From assembly GCA_027310185.1 (NCBI GenBank), contig DAIDBH010000014.1:64001-128000 (forward strand): DNA of 64,000 nucleotides. Direction: 5' to 3'. Made by a program: the position numbers and the translations under genes. The number at the start of each line of letters is the position of its first letter. Positions within the stretch are counted from its first letter, which is position 1. The notes below the pieces were generated by a model. The model had not been told where the DNA came from. It ran no database searches and saw nothing but the letters and a program-made list of their open reading frames with translations. Below are positions 29,417 to 40,805 of this stretch, piece after piece. Origin of the DNA: Thermoplasmatales archaeon (GTDB taxonomy: Archaea > Thermoplasmatota > Thermoplasmata > Thermoplasmatales > Thermoplasmataceae).

Positions 29417-31240
29417 TTGATTGCAATGGAAGAAAGAAACAAATATCCCGATGTCAGATTTGCCAGTGACTTCGAGATAAGCAAGAACGCACCATTCAAG
29501 ACAGTCGATGAGTTCATTGGGGCCATGAGGAACCTGATCTCTGACGACATGATGTTAATAAGGGTAACAGAGAGTTTGTGCCCAATATGCGTCGATGACG
29601 AGAAATTCGACCAGATGAGAATTCCAGCCATAGTTTATGAGAACGCTGGAGAAGTTAAGCTGATAAAGGAATGCGCTGAGCACGGAATAACCAAGGAAAA
29701 ATACTGGGAAGACTATGATATGTACCAGGAAGCAAAGAAATGGCAGGACCCTGGAGTCAAGATCCTTAACCCACACGTTGCATACCTTGAATCAAAGATA
29801 GTCTGTCCAACACACTGTGGACTTTGCGTAAAACATAAATCTCACACTGGACTTGGCAATGTAGTAGTAACAAACAGGTGTGACCTTTCATGCTGGTACT
29901 GTTTCTTCTATGCGAAAGAGAATGAACCAATATACGAGCCATCACAGGATCAGGTCAGAATGATGCTCAGAAGAATGAGAAATGAAAAACCAGTCGGTGC
30001 AAATGCAGTTCAGATCACAGGCGGAGAACCCACAATCAGGGATGACATACTGGATGTGATCAAAATAGCTAGAGAAGAAGGCTATGAACATATACAGTTG
30101 AATACAAACAGTGTAAGAGCAGCCTTTGATCCAGATTTCCCAAAGAAGATCAGGGAAGCCGGTTCGAACGTTGTTTACACGAGTTTCGACGGACCTACAC
30201 CGAGATCAAACCCGAAGAATTTCTGGGAAATTCCGGCTGCACTGCAGAATTATAAGAATGCCCCAATGGGAGTAGTACTTGTACCAACAGTAATAGGTGG
30301 AATAAATGATATGTATCTCGGGGACACCATAAGATTTGGTCTCTCAAACATCGATTCGGTAAGAGCTGTAAACTTCCAGCCAGTGAGTTTAGTAGGAAGA
30401 ATGCCAGACAGGATGAGGGAAAAGCAGAGAGTAACCATACCTGGATGTATAAAGAAGATTGAACAGCAAACTGATGGAATGATAGGCAGAGAGGACTTCT
30501 TCACAGTTCCTTCAACGACAAAAGTTTCAAACTTTGTTGAGCAGCTGAAGGGAAAGGACATGTACAAATTATCCATACACTTTGCCTGTGGAATGGGAAC
30601 TTACCTCTTCAAGGAAGGAGATAAGATTACTCCTATAACCAGGTTCATAGATGTAAGGGGCATGTTCGAGTATATCGGTGAACTTGCTGATGACATAAAG
30701 GACTCATCATTCAAGACTGTTAGGAAGGTTACGTCAGCAGCCAAACTCCTTGCAAGCCTCAAGAAATTCGTAGACTATGAAAAGGCACCAAAAGATTTCA
30801 GCATAAAGGATATGGTATACAACGCATTTACTGAAGGTGATTACCACGGATTGAAGGCTTTCCACTACAAGAGTATGTTCATAGGATTCATGCACTTCAT
30901 GGACCCATACACGTATGATGTAGACAGAGTCGAAAGATGTGATATCCACTATGCAATGCCTGATGGAAGAGTAGTACCATTCTGCGCCTTCAATGTTATA
31001 CCTGAACTCTACAGAGATGCAACACAGAGAAAGTATTCGATCCCTGCAAAAACATATGAAGAGAGAACAGGAAAGAACCTGAAGAAGGAGAAATACTTCA
31101 GGGAATACACACTGGAAGAGAAGAAATCTATACTGAACTTCTACGAAAAGAGTATAGGCAGAAAACTTTCACAGGATGAGATAGGACTCAACCTGAACGA
31201 AGCCATACCAGTGATATCTTCTGATAAACCAGAAGATTAA
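29417..31240 (+). CDS. tes: Tetraether lipid synthase (GDGT-MAS), radical SAM
   Basis: CPIC...CAEHG rubredoxin-like site, CPTHCGLC..H, radical SAM CDLSCWYC, HFACG and CDIHYAMPDGRVVPFC; AGGTGA SD before TTG. Confidence 0.93.
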   Translation: MIAMEERNKYPDVRFASDFEISKNAPFKTVDEFIGAMRNLISDDMMLIRVTESLCPICVDDEKFDQMRIPAIVYENAGEVKLIKECAEHGITKEKYWEDYDMYQEAKKWQDPGVKILNPHVAYLESKIVCPTHCGLCVKHKSHTGLGNVVVTNRCDLSCWYCFFYAKENEPIYEPSQDQVRMMLRRMRNEKPVGANAVQITGGEPTIRDDILDVIKIAREEGYEHIQLNTNSVRAAFDPDFPKKIREAGSNVVYTSFDGPTPRSNPKNFWEIPAALQNYKNAPMGVVLVPTVIGGINDMYLGDTIRFGLSNIDSVRAVNFQPVSLVGRMPDRMREKQRVTIPGCIKKIEQQTDGMIGREDFFTVPSTTKVSNFVEQLKGKDMYKLSIHFACGMGTYLFKEGDKITPITRFIDVRGMFEYIGELADDIKDSSFKTVRKVTSAAKLLASLKKFVDYEKAPKDFSIKDMVYNAFTEGDYHGLKAFHYKSMFIGFMHFMDPYTYDVDRVERCDIHYAMPDGRVVPFCAFNVIPELYRDATQRKYSIPAKTYEERTGKNLKKEKYFREYTLEEKKSILNFYEKSIGRKLSQDEIGLNLNEAIPVISSDKPED

Positions 31241-31253
31241 TCCTATTTTTTAT
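31241..31253 (+). terminator. Oligo-T archaeal terminator candidate after tes
   Basis: T-run immediately after the stop codon. Confidence 0.35.
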
Positions 31254-31254
31254 A

Positions 31255-31662
31255 ATGTACAAAATTTTAGATCACGAAGCAGATACAACAATCAGGTTTT
31301 TTTATAACGATTTTGAAGAATTGGTAATATCGATCATAAAGAGTTTCCAGGAAACAATTTTAGGGAGATCAGAGAATCTTGAATGGAGTAATGTTGAGCC
31401 TTTTAATAGCGCGGTTGAAGCGGGAATAAGTTACAAATTTTTTGCCATAGATCTATTAAATGAGATGATTTTTTTAATGGAGGAAAAAGATTTACTTCCA
31501 GTTGAACTGAGAAAAATAGATCTTAATGAGAATGTCAGGGAGCTCCAGATTGACTATGGAAAGTGCCTGAATGTTACAAATTATAATGCTATCCCAAAGG
31601 CCGCTACAACAAACAGTGGACAGACCTCAGATAAATTCTTTGACATAACTCTGGATCTGTGA
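31255..31662 (+). CDS. Archease
   Basis: [11 protein letters not shown]-terminus, PKAAT, and C-terminal ITLDL. Confidence 0.85.
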   Translation: MYKILDHEADTTIRFFYNDFEELVISIIKSFQETILGRSENLEWSNVEPFNSAVEAGISYKFFAIDLLNEMIFLMEEKDLLPVELRKIDLNENVRELQIDYGKCLNVTNYNAIPKAATTNSGQTSDKFFDITLDL

Positions 31663-31741
31663 GCTTGAAAAACGGTTTCTAAAGGACGAGAATCGGCCCA
31701 TACTAACTAAAGTTTTATTTTGTGAAAGTATTTACCTTAGT

Positions 31742-32290
31742 ATGACCAATTTAGTGCCAAGCAAACTTTTCTTTACAAGAGGAGTAGGTAGAGGAGATAC
31801 AATGTTAAGGTCCTTCGAGGAAGCTCTCAGAGATGCAGGAATAGCCCAGTTCAACATCGTCGCAGTGAGTTCCATATTTCCACCAGGTGCTCAAATAGTA
31901 AGCAGGGAAGAGGGTCTGAATTACCTTAACCCAGGTCAGATACTGTTTACTGTGCTGGCAAGAAACGCTTCCAACGAGATGAACAGGATGCTTTCGTCAG
32001 CAATCGGATATGCAATTCCTACAGATAGGAGCAGGTGGGGATATCTAAGTGAACATCATAGTTTCGGTGAGACAGAAAAGAAGGCTGGCTTCTTTGCTGA
32101 AAAGTTAGCTGCAGAAATGCTTGCAAGCACAACAGGAGAACAGGATCAGCTCGTATGGGATGGAAAGAATGAAGAATACAGGCTGAAGGACAGGATTTTA
32201 CAAACTAAAAACATCTGCTCTACTGCAGTGGTCCTGAAAGAGGATGAGTGGACAACCACCATAGGTGCAGCTGTACTGATCGTTGAATGA
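31742..32290 (+). CDS. pdaD: Pyruvoyl-dependent arginine decarboxylase
   Basis: [25 protein letters not shown] (Ser-Ser cleavage site) and GYLSE. Confidence 0.93.
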   Translation: MTNLVPSKLFFTRGVGRGDTMLRSFEEALRDAGIAQFNIVAVSSIFPPGAQIVSREEGLNYLNPGQILFTVLARNASNEMNRMLSSAIGYAIPTDRSRWGYLSEHHSFGETEKKAGFFAEKLAAEMLASTTGEQDQLVWDGKNEEYRLKDRILQTKNICSTAVVLKEDEWTTTIGAAVLIVE

Positions 32291-34992
32291 TTTCGATGAA
32301 TGAAGAGAAGGAGTGGCAGGAGAAGTGGAAAAATAGTGGGATATTTAATTCTGAACCAGATCAGAGGAAAAAATATCTCATAACGGTTCCATGGCCTTAT
32401 ACAAGTGGCCCTCTCCATGTTGGTCACGGGAGGACTTACACACTGGCAGATATTCTCGGTAGATACAAGAGACTTAGAGGGTATAATGTCCTTTTTCCAA
32501 TGGGATTCCACGAAAGTGGTACCCCAATAGGTTCAATTTCAGAGAAGATTAAACGCGGGGATGAAAAGACCATTTCCCTTTACAGGAAATATATATCTGA
32601 ATATGAAAATGAGAGCATGATAGACGGAGTTCTTGAAAGTTTCAAGGATCCCCTGAATGTTGCCGACTATTTTGCCTCAAAAATTACAAAGGACTTCATG
32701 GCATTAGGTTATTCCATTGACTGGAGAAGATCGTTCCGATCAATAGATCCTATTTACAGCAAATTTGTACAGTGGCAGTTCAGAAAGCTTGGAAGCTTGA
32801 ATTTACTGAAACAGGGTAGTCATCCTGTACTTTATAGCGCTGAAGATGGTAATGCAGTTGGAGAGGATGATATTGAGGACGGTGATACGAACAAGGTGTC
32901 CATAGAAAAATTCTCCATGGTCCTTTTCAAGAATAAAAATGAAGAGTTTTATCTGGCCGCTGCCTCTCTCAGACCGGAGACCATTTTTGCCGTTACAAAT
33001 TTGTGGATCAATCCCCGAACTAAATACGTGAAAATAAGAATTCACGATAAGATAATAGTAGTTTCGGAATATGCATCGGGTAAGATTCTGTTGCAGTTTG
33101 AAGATTCTGAGATAGTAGGCGAAGTAGATAATAGTAAACTCATGGATGGCTGGTATACAGTTCCATTTGCAGAAACTGAAGTAAGAGTTTATCCAAATGC
33201 AGGAATCAATCCTGAGCAGGCTACAGGTGTTGTGTATAGTGTCCCTGGACATTCTGTTATGGACCTGAATTTTATCAGGGGTCTTGGGCTGGATATTCAG
33301 GCTATTCATATAATAACGGCAAAGAACGGTTTGTCAAGAGCTTCAGATTACCTGAATAAGTTGAATGATCCTGTAGAAGCGAATGCTGAAATTTACAGGG
33401 ATGAATTTTATGAAGGGTACATGGTCAATACCCTGCCAGTCATTGGAGGGAAAAGTGTAAGAGAAGCAAGAGATATAATGAATTCAAAACTTCATGAAAG
33501 AGGCACTGGCTTCACCTTCTATGAAACCTCACGACCGGCAAAGACCAGGGATGGAAAACCTGTTACAGTATCAATAATGCATGATCAGTGGTTCATAGAT
33601 TATTCCGATGAAGCGTGGAAGGACAAAACCAGAGGAAATGTTTCCACAATGCACTTTTTCCCTGAATTTTACAGAAAGAACATGTTTGACGTGATTGACT
33701 GGATAGAAGAAAGGGCATGTGCAAGGAAAAGAGGACTTGGAACCCCTCTCCCCGAGGATCCTTCGTGGGTTATAGAATCGCTTTCAGATTCCACAATATA
33801 CCCAGCATTCTATACATTTGCCCATCTCATAAATAATGAAATCGCAGAAGAAATAGATGATGAATTCTTTGATTTTATAATAAGCGATGAGAAAAAACAG
33901 GTTCCAGAAAAGATAGGGAAATTGTCGGAGAAAGCAAAGATGGAGTTTCAGTACTGGTACGGCGTGGATCAGAGGATAACCTCAGCATCTCATATGTCAA
34001 ACCACCTTGTCTTCTATCTAATGAATCACAGTGCATTGCTGGAAGATTGCTATCAACCTGGAGGAATTTCAATTATAGGAATGGTTATATCCAATGGTGC
34101 CAAAATTTCAAAGAGCAAGGGGAATGCAGTTTCCCTTCTTGATGTTGTGAGGCAGTACGGGGCAGACCTTTTCAGGTTGTATGTGGCACTTGTAGCAGAG
34201 GTGGATTCGGTGCTGGACTGGAACGAGTCTGAGATAGAAAATATAAGGGGAGTTTATGATACCATAAGAAACACTCTTGCTATTCCAGCGAGCACCACAG
34301 TGAAAAGTAAGGATAATTACACTGAGGTCTTTAAGATTAAATTCAAGCATCATCTCAGAAATTACCTTGAAAAGATGGATAATTTCCAGATTAGAGGGGC
34401 CTATGTAGAAATGGTGTATGAAGTTATGAGGGAACTGAACCAGCTTGGAAGCCTGGGCATGGACGTTGCTGCAGCGGTGAGTGAGGTCAGGAGGGAATGG
34501 GTCCAGGTATTATCATGTGTAGTTCCTCATATGGCTGAAACAGTATGGAGTCAACTGAATGAGGGTGGTTTTGTTTCAAATAGCGAAATTTCAATAGAGG
34601 ACATTTCAGAAAATGAAATGAACAGGGAAAGAAGTTTTGATTATACCATGTCACTTGCAGACGATATAAGGTCAATTCAGGCTGTTACAAAAATAAAACC
34701 ATCAATGATAAGAATAACTGTAAGCAATAGCAGGATAAAGGAAGAGACAAGGCGGATAGTCGATGGGGACCTCAATGTCTCAATGAAGTCCATTATTGGA
34801 AACGTGAAGAAATTTCGTGGTAAACTCAACATGGAAGTTGATGAAATGGCTGCCATTTCTGAATTCAAGGGTATACTACAGAAAATTTTCTCTGCAGATG
34901 TAATGGTGGAAGAGTATGGAGGAGATGGGAAAGGCAAGGTACCATTGCCGGGAAGACCAGTAATAGAACTTAGGGGTGATCGAGTTGGATGA
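32287..34992 (+). CDS. leuS: Leucyl-tRNA synthetase (archaeal type)
   Basis: [37 protein letters not shown]. Confidence 0.95.
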   Translation: MISMNEEKEWQEKWKNSGIFNSEPDQRKKYLITVPWPYTSGPLHVGHGRTYTLADILGRYKRLRGYNVLFPMGFHESGTPIGSISEKIKRGDEKTISLYRKYISEYENESMIDGVLESFKDPLNVADYFASKITKDFMALGYSIDWRRSFRSIDPIYSKFVQWQFRKLGSLNLLKQGSHPVLYSAEDGNAVGEDDIEDGDTNKVSIEKFSMVLFKNKNEEFYLAAASLRPETIFAVTNLWINPRTKYVKIRIHDKIIVVSEYASGKILLQFEDSEIVGEVDNSKLMDGWYTVPFAETEVRVYPNAGINPEQATGVVYSVPGHSVMDLNFIRGLGLDIQAIHIITAKNGLSRASDYLNKLNDPVEANAEIYRDEFYEGYMVNTLPVIGGKSVREARDIMNSKLHERGTGFTFYETSRPAKTRDGKPVTVSIMHDQWFIDYSDEAWKDKTRGNVSTMHFFPEFYRKNMFDVIDWIEERACARKRGLGTPLPEDPSWVIESLSDSTIYPAFYTFAHLINNEIAEEIDDEFFDFIISDEKKQVPEKIGKLSEKAKMEFQYWYGVDQRITSASHMSNHLVFYLMNHSALLEDCYQPGGISIIGMVISNGAKISKSKGNAVSLLDVVRQYGADLFRLYVALVAEVDSVLDWNESEIENIRGVYDTIRNTLAIPASTTVKSKDNYTEVFKIKFKHHLRNYLEKMDNFQIRGAYVEMVYEVMRELNQLGSLGMDVAAAVSEVRREWVQVLSCVVPHMAETVWSQLNEGGFVSNSEISIEDISENEMNRERSFDYTMSLADDIRSIQAVTKIKPSMIRITVSNSRIKEETRRIVDGDLNVSMKSIIGNVKKFRGKLNMEVDEMAAISEFKGILQKIFSADVMVEEYGGDGKGKVPLPGRPVIELRGDRVG

Positions 34993-36922
34993 AATGGATT
35001 TTAGAGTTGAAAGTGCAAGGAAGCTTGGGAAGGATCAGGAACTTGTTCTCCATGGAGGAGGGAATGCAAGTGTAAAGGTGCTGGAAACAGATCATGCAGG
35101 AAGGATAATAAAAATTCTAAGGGTCAAGGGAAGCGGATCTGACATGGCCACAATTGACCGCAAGGGGTTCACTGGTGTAAGGATGGAGGATTTGCTGCAT
35201 GCAAGAATGATAGATGAAATGAGCGATGAGGAAATGATGAGTTATCTCAGAAAGAGCATGATAGATTCCTCTGAACCTTCTCCGTCTGTAGAAACTTTTC
35301 TGCATGCCTTCATCCCATACACATACGTTGATCATTCCCATTCTGACCACATACTGATGCTGACTAATTCCAATCTGAAAAATGATGAACTCAAGGAGAT
35401 TCTCGGGAATGTAATAATTCTTGATTATTATCCACCAGGCTTCAAGCTTGCGAAGAAGGTCATGGAAATAGTAAGCAAGATAACACCTGATGTTGATGGG
35501 ATTGTACTATCCAAGCATGGTCTGTTCACCTTCGGTGAGACAGCTGATGAGAGCTATGAAAAGCATATAAAAATTGTTGACAGGGCCAGGGATTATATAT
35601 CAAGAAAAATAAAAGGACCCATATTCAATGAAAAATTCAAAAATGATGAATCAGCCTATGAAAAACTTCCAGAACTTAGAGGGGCTGTGTCAAAGAACTA
35701 CAGAAAAATACTCCTCGTTGATCGATCTGAAGAGGCAATCAGGATTGCCCGTTCTGAGGAGGGTGAAATATTCAGGGAGAGTGGGCCTGCAACACCAGAC
35801 ATGCTTATACGTACAAAATATGATTATCTTTATGTCACAGGGGAAGAAGACCCTGGTGAGAAAGTAAGGGAATACTCAGAAAAATATGAAAAAGAATATA
35901 AAACATACATTAAGGAATTTCCAATGCATGATCCCTTCCCTTCTATCATTCTTATCAGGGGTTTTGGGATTGTTACAGCTGCAAGAACCTACAGGGAATG
36001 TTCAATTATCAGGGACCAGTTCATACATTCAATGAGGGTAAATTCCGTTGCAGAAAAACTTGGAAAACATTCCTTCATTTCCAGAAAGGAGGCTTTCGAT
36101 ATGGAATACTGGCCACTAGAAGAGGCAAAGCTCAAGAAATTCAAGCCGAGAAAGCTTGAGGGGACTGTGAGCATAGTCACTGGTGCAGCCAATGGAATAG
36201 GATTGGAAGCTTTCAGGAAACTTGCTGCAAACGGTTCCAATGTTGTTGGAGCGGATAAGGAAAAATCAATCAGTGATATTGCCACATCAATTTCAAATGA
36301 ATTCGGAACTGAAGCCCTAGGTTATGAAATCGATCTCACAGATACAGAAAGGGTAAAAAAAATGATAGGGGATATCCGGGATAAATATGGAGGAGTTGAC
36401 GTAGTATTCCATAATGCAGGAATTCTGAAGTCAGAGTACATAGAGGATATTCAACTGGATACCCTCATGTTGCATTTCAAGATCAATTCACTGGCACCTT
36501 TCATAATATCTCAGGAAGTATTCAGGATAATGAAGAAGCAGGGAATAGGTGGAAATTTTGTTTTCAACATAACAAAGAACCTTACCAACCCCGGTCCTGG
36601 AATGATATCCTATGGTACCACCAAGGCATTTTCAGCACAACTTTCACACTATATTGCGAAGGAGGGAGGCAGGTATGGTATCAGGTCCAACATCATAAAC
36701 CCCGACAAGATCTTCAAAAATTCAAAGATCTGGGAAAATGGTGTCCTGGAGGCAAGAGCCAAGGCTAAAGGACTGACCGCTGACGAGTACAAGAGGGGAA
36801 ACCTTCTCCGGAAAGAAGTGCTTCCAGAACATGTTGCGAATATGCTGATTGCAATGCTGGATGAAGATACATTTGGAGCAACCACAGATTCCATGGTTCC
36901 AGTTGATGGCGGTATACTATAG
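34976..36922 (+). CDS. Bifunctional class II aldolase / short-chain dehydrogenase (RhaD/YuxG-like)
   Basis: HGGGNASVK, PSVETFLH, DHSH, KHGL; SDR TGAANGIG and YGTTK. True start may be 34985 or 34994. Confidence 0.88.
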   Translation: MIELDEMDFRVESARKLGKDQELVLHGGGNASVKVLETDHAGRIIKILRVKGSGSDMATIDRKGFTGVRMEDLLHARMIDEMSDEEMMSYLRKSMIDSSEPSPSVETFLHAFIPYTYVDHSHSDHILMLTNSNLKNDELKEILGNVIILDYYPPGFKLAKKVMEIVSKITPDVDGIVLSKHGLFTFGETADESYEKHIKIVDRARDYISRKIKGPIFNEKFKNDESAYEKLPELRGAVSKNYRKILLVDRSEEAIRIARSEEGEIFRESGPATPDMLIRTKYDYLYVTGEEDPGEKVREYSEKYEKEYKTYIKEFPMHDPFPSIILIRGFGIVTAARTYRECSIIRDQFIHSMRVNSVAEKLGKHSFISRKEAFDMEYWPLEEAKLKKFKPRKLEGTVSIVTGAANGIGLEAFRKLAANGSNVVGADKEKSISDIATSISNEFGTEALGYEIDLTDTERVKKMIGDIRDKYGGVDVVFHNAGILKSEYIEDIQLDTLMLHFKINSLAPFIISQEVFRIMKKQGIGGNFVFNITKNLTNPGPGMISYGTTKAFSAQLSHYIAKEGGRYGIRSNIINPDKIFKNSKIWENGVLEARAKAKGLTADEYKRGNLLRKEVLPEHVANMLIAMLDEDTFGATTDSMVPVDGGIL

Positions 36923-37879
36923 GAAATGTGAAAGAATCTTCCTGAAACTAATGGAGAAACCGAACTTCTTCATTTCATTTATTGCAAGTCGCACTGCGAG
37001 AATGTTGGATGACATGAATACCCTTCCGGATTGAATGTTCTCCACTAAATTTGCTATCCTTTCGAATTCTTTCATTCGCTTGCTTATCCTATTCTGGTAA
37101 ATAATAGATATTTCTCCAATGTCATCGCTCTTCTTCATGCTTTGAAAAAGGGCCTCCGCTGATTCCAAAGCTGGAATTATGCCTTCACCCAGCAATGGCG
37201 AGATGTACCCTATGCTCTCTCCAACTCCAAGTATATTGCCGGAAGTTATGTTCTCTTTTATAGGCCTCATCCTTATCATTCTTGACACTGTTCTGACCGC
37301 TTCATACTTCTCCAGATGATCTTTTACTTCTTCCAGGTTAATACCCCCTGCCCCCATATGATACCTGTCTCCCAGTGGAAACGACCAGAAGTATCCCCTC
37401 CCTTCCGGAAAGAAATAAAAGTAAAATCCTTTATATTCTGATTTTCTGCATACCTTTTCAATGGCAAACATCTTCTTATCTTTCCCGCTTGCTGGAAGAT
37501 AAAACCTCGAAACGCCGGTGGCATCAATAACAGGCTGATCCTGATTTAATGGACATGTGGAGTGAAGCACCTCCTCACCGCTCATCAACTGTTCCATTTT
37601 CATCTTGTTGACCGTGCATAAACCAGTATTTTCTGCTTCAATTGGCTCAAAATTATTGCCCGCAATCTCAACAATATTATCCTGAGCTTCCAGGATCTGA
37701 TCGAATTCAATGTTCAGGTTGCTCAGGTATGGCACAAGAAGATTCCTGTTAGTTGCAAATCCGCATGGTATGTAAAAATCCTTTATCTTTGGATCAAATA
37801 TCCTGACATCATACCCCTCATTTCTCATCCTGCCAAAAAGATATGACCCCGCTATTCCTGCGCCTGCAATATTCCACAC
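36917..37879 (-). CDS. Geranylgeranyl reductase-family FAD oxidoreductase
   Basis: AGAGIAG, PCG, GYFWSFP and GESIGYISPLLGEGI. Confidence 0.82.
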   Translation of the reverse strand: MWNIAGAGIAGSYLFGRMRNEGYDVRIFDPKIKDFYIPCGFATNRNLLVPYLSNLNIEFDQILEAQDNIVEIAGNNFEPIEAENTGLCTVNKMKMEQLMSGEEVLHSTCPLNQDQPVIDATGVSRFYLPASGKDKKMFAIEKVCRKSEYKGFYFYFFPEGRGYFWSFPLGDRYHMGAGGINLEEVKDHLEKYEAVRTVSRMIRMRPIKENITSGNILGVGESIGYISPLLGEGIIPALESAEALFQSMKKSDDIGEISIIYQNRISKRMKEFERIANLVENIQSGRVFMSSNILAVRLAINEMKKFGFSISFRKILSHFL

Positions 37880-37976
37880 CCCACTGCATTATAACACTTT
37901 AATAAAACTTGGTGCTCAATCTGTGCATCGGTTTATGGAAAATGCAGATGCATAAGGATTAATTAATATCGTAAAA

Positions 37977-38762
37977 TTGCAGTACGTGAGATATCTTCTA
38001 GGATTTTCCTATGCTGGAACAAAATTCACAGGTTTCCAGAGAGGTACAGGCGAGAGGAGCGTGGAAGATTGCATTTTACATGTATTGAATGAGAATTCGC
38101 TCGGTGTAAATTTCAGATGCTGCTCAAGGACAGATCGTGGAGTATCAGCCATCATGAATACGTGCACCATAGATACCGACAGGAATGCTGTAGATATAAT
38201 AGGAATATTGAACTCAAGCCTTGAAGATATTTACTTTCATGAATATGCGAAGGTTGATGATGATTTCAATGTCCGGAGGGTCATGTACAAGAAATACATT
38301 TATATTATTCCTGAAACAGGGATATTCCCTTTGATTAAGCTCGAAGACCTCAAAAAATTTGAGGGAGAGCACGATTTTTCCAATTTCTGTAAGCTGAATG
38401 GTAGAAACACCAGACGAACAGTTATGGAAATTGATGAATTCCATAGAAATAACATGAGATACATTTCATTCAAGGCAAGGGGGTTTCTTTGGAACCAGAT
38501 CAGGTTCATGATGGGATATGCTATGGAAAGATCAAGGGAAAAGAGAACATCAGAAGAACCATTTTCAGAGGAGTACAGGGTGAGGAGGCTGGCTCCAGCT
38601 GAATTTCTATTTCTGGAAGAGATCACCTATGACGGTATTGAATTTCGGAAGGTGATCAGGAAGTCCACAAAAAAGAAGGTTGAAAGATCATATATGAATT
38701 CTCTTACACTGTTTAATTTCAATAAGTTAATGCTTGATATCACAGATGATACTCACATTTAA
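37977..38762 (+). CDS. truA: tRNA pseudouridine(38-40) synthase
   Basis: YAGTKFTGFQ, SRTDRGVSA, GEHDFSNF, FLWNQIR. Confidence 0.95.
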   Translation: MQYVRYLLGFSYAGTKFTGFQRGTGERSVEDCILHVLNENSLGVNFRCCSRTDRGVSAIMNTCTIDTDRNAVDIIGILNSSLEDIYFHEYAKVDDDFNVRRVMYKKYIYIIPETGIFPLIKLEDLKKFEGEHDFSNFCKLNGRNTRRTVMEIDEFHRNNMRYISFKARGFLWNQIRFMMGYAMERSREKRTSEEPFSEEYRVRRLAPAEFLFLEEITYDGIEFRKVIRKSTKKKVERSYMNSLTLFNFNKLMLDITDDTHI

Positions 38763-38787
38763 AATAAAATAAAGCATATGGACGTAT

Positions 38788-39498
38788 ATGGGAATACTGG
38801 AAGATTACTTCAAAGGAAAGACCTTCATCATCGCTGGAGTTGGCCCAGGACAGGGGTTATCAACTGCCAGGTTGCTAAAGAAATTTGGTGCCACTGTATA
38901 TGGACTTTCAAGAAGTGGAGTTTTTCCTTCTGAAAAGTTGGATAAGGAGATAAGGATAGAGAAATGCGATCTCGAAGACACATCGGAAATCAGAAAAACC
39001 CTGGAAGAAATAATAAAAGAAACTGGTGCTATTAATGGTTCAGTAAACAATGTGGGTACATGGGAACCTGCTGAGAACAAGGTTGTTAAGCCAGATACAT
39101 TGATGAAATTTTTCAAATTGAATGTGATGACCCAGTATAATTTGATCTATATTTTGAAGGACATGATGAACTCTGGTTCCAGCATGGTGAATATTGGGGC
39201 ATCAAGACATCTATTTGGTGCAAATCACTCAGGCTATACCATTTCAAAATATGCCATCGAGGAGATGACAAGAATAACAGCTTCTGGCCTGAAAAAGAGT
39301 GGGATAAGAGTCAACTCTATCCTGCCAGGTTCAGTTGGTAAGGAAGACAATTTTGGAGATATATTTCCATTCAACTTCAATGACGGGAGGACAATGGACC
39401 CATTGAAAATAGCATACGTATCGGCTTTCCTACTTTCCCCCCTTTCTGCCGGAATTAATGGGGAATCCCTGACCGTTGATGACGGCATGGGATTGTGA
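38788..39498 (+). CDS. Short-chain dehydrogenase/reductase
   Basis: GVGPGQG, YTISK, IRVNSILPG. Confidence 0.9.
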   Translation: MGILEDYFKGKTFIIAGVGPGQGLSTARLLKKFGATVYGLSRSGVFPSEKLDKEIRIEKCDLEDTSEIRKTLEEIIKETGAINGSVNNVGTWEPAENKVVKPDTLMKFFKLNVMTQYNLIYILKDMMNSGSSMVNIGASRHLFGANHSGYTISKYAIEEMTRITASGLKKSGIRVNSILPGSVGKEDNFGDIFPFNFNDGRTMDPLKIAYVSAFLLSPLSAGINGESLTVDDGMGL

Positions 39499-39527
39499 AT
39501 TGTGGAAAAGTTTGATACCCGATAGAA

Positions 39528-40565
39528 TTATTTTAATGAATCCGGTTTCATCTTAAAATTAAAATTTTTTAGAGATGCAAAGATATATAGCACGAATACC
39601 ATGAATGAGATAACTAATGTGGCTATCTTGTAGAAGTATGCCCTGGTATTATCCCAAAGGAGATAAGTTGCAAAATCTGCTATTCCCATGGGAAATACGT
39701 ATGCAAAAAGGGAGAATGTAAATTGTTCAAATCTCGTAGAGATGAGGAAACTCAATGAAATGATCATATAAAGAAGGATTGCGCCCCAGATCATAATTGA
39801 AATTTCAAGAAATATTTCTTCCGGAAATTGAAAGTAATGTATCAGGTTAAGGTCTGGAAGCAGCAAAAGGTTGAGCAGGAACATACTGAGACCGCCAACG
39901 GGAAGCATCGTGAATGGTATTTCGTTCCTTGGCCTGTCTCCTGAGAGATATGAATGAAAGGCAGATGTTGAAATGAACAGGAATTGCAAGATTGATATGC
40001 CAAATCCCATCATTGTAAGATATATGATTCCTGGAGCAAGAAAACTGAGCACTGTCCCTTCCAGATCTGGAACCAGTACGGAAGAGAGTATTATGCCTCC
40101 GGCCATTACAATTGAAGGGATTATATTGACAAAGGTTAGTGAGGCTGTTTTTATTCTTCCACTAAAAACCCTGTAATCGAATACCACATTTATGATGAGT
40201 GAATAGACAAATACCAGTATGAAAATGAATGAAAATACTTCCATAGAAATATTACTTTTGCCGAAAAATGTAATGTAGAAGAAGGCAAAGGCATAATATA
40301 TTACTGAAAGGAGACCGGCGATACTAAGATTTGTGCTTGAACTGAAGTCTTCCCTCATGGAACCTACTCTGGTGACATATTTTAAGACCCATAGTACTGC
40401 AATGATCCAGAAGATGGATAAAACTATGATAAAGGCAATTTTTGAAGTAGCAAGTAGAAAGCTCGAGTTCAGTACGAGCGAAAGTATAAAGATGGAAAGA
40501 ACGATGGAAGTGGATGCAAGAATAAACGTGAGCCATACTGGACCCAATTTTTCCAGAAATTTCAT
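39528..40565 (-). CDS. TDT/SLAC1-family (tellurite-resistance/dicarboxylate) transporter
   Basis: About 10 TMs; LGPVW N-terminus and FAYVFPMG motif. Confidence 0.75.
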   Translation of the reverse strand: MKFLEKLGPVWLTFILASTSIVLSIFILSLVLNSSFLLATSKIAFIIVLSIFWIIAVLWVLKYVTRVGSMREDFSSSTNLSIAGLLSVIYYAFAFFYITFFGKSNISMEVFSFIFILVFVYSLIINVVFDYRVFSGRIKTASLTFVNIIPSIVMAGGIILSSVLVPDLEGTVLSFLAPGIIYLTMMGFGISILQFLFISTSAFHSYLSGDRPRNEIPFTMLPVGGLSMFLLNLLLLPDLNLIHYFQFPEEIFLEISIMIWGAILLYMIISLSFLISTRFEQFTFSLFAYVFPMGIADFATYLLWDNTRAYFYKIATLVISFMVFVLYIFASLKNFNFKMKPDSLK

Positions 40566-40805
40566 ATTCTACGTATCTCTTGATTCAATTTCTAATTTCC
40601 TCACGAAAAACCTGTTCATCCTTGCCATGAATTTAAGAACATTAAATTGCCTTGAAGAAAGGACTTACTGACAGCCCGGCAATAGGCTGTTAAGCGAACT
40701 GCAAAAATAATCATGAGATAGGAATAAAGCATGTGAAATTCCCTTGTTATTTCAGTTATGTATAAAATGATGCAATATTTATGTATGATCCAGACATTTA
40801 CAATT

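Noticed and set aside
40626-40690. Possible C/D-box sRNA (TGAAGA...CTGA) and a small ACAGCC/GGCTGT hairpin
   Set aside because: No proper RTGATGA C box or D-prime box at suitable spacing; consistent with chance.
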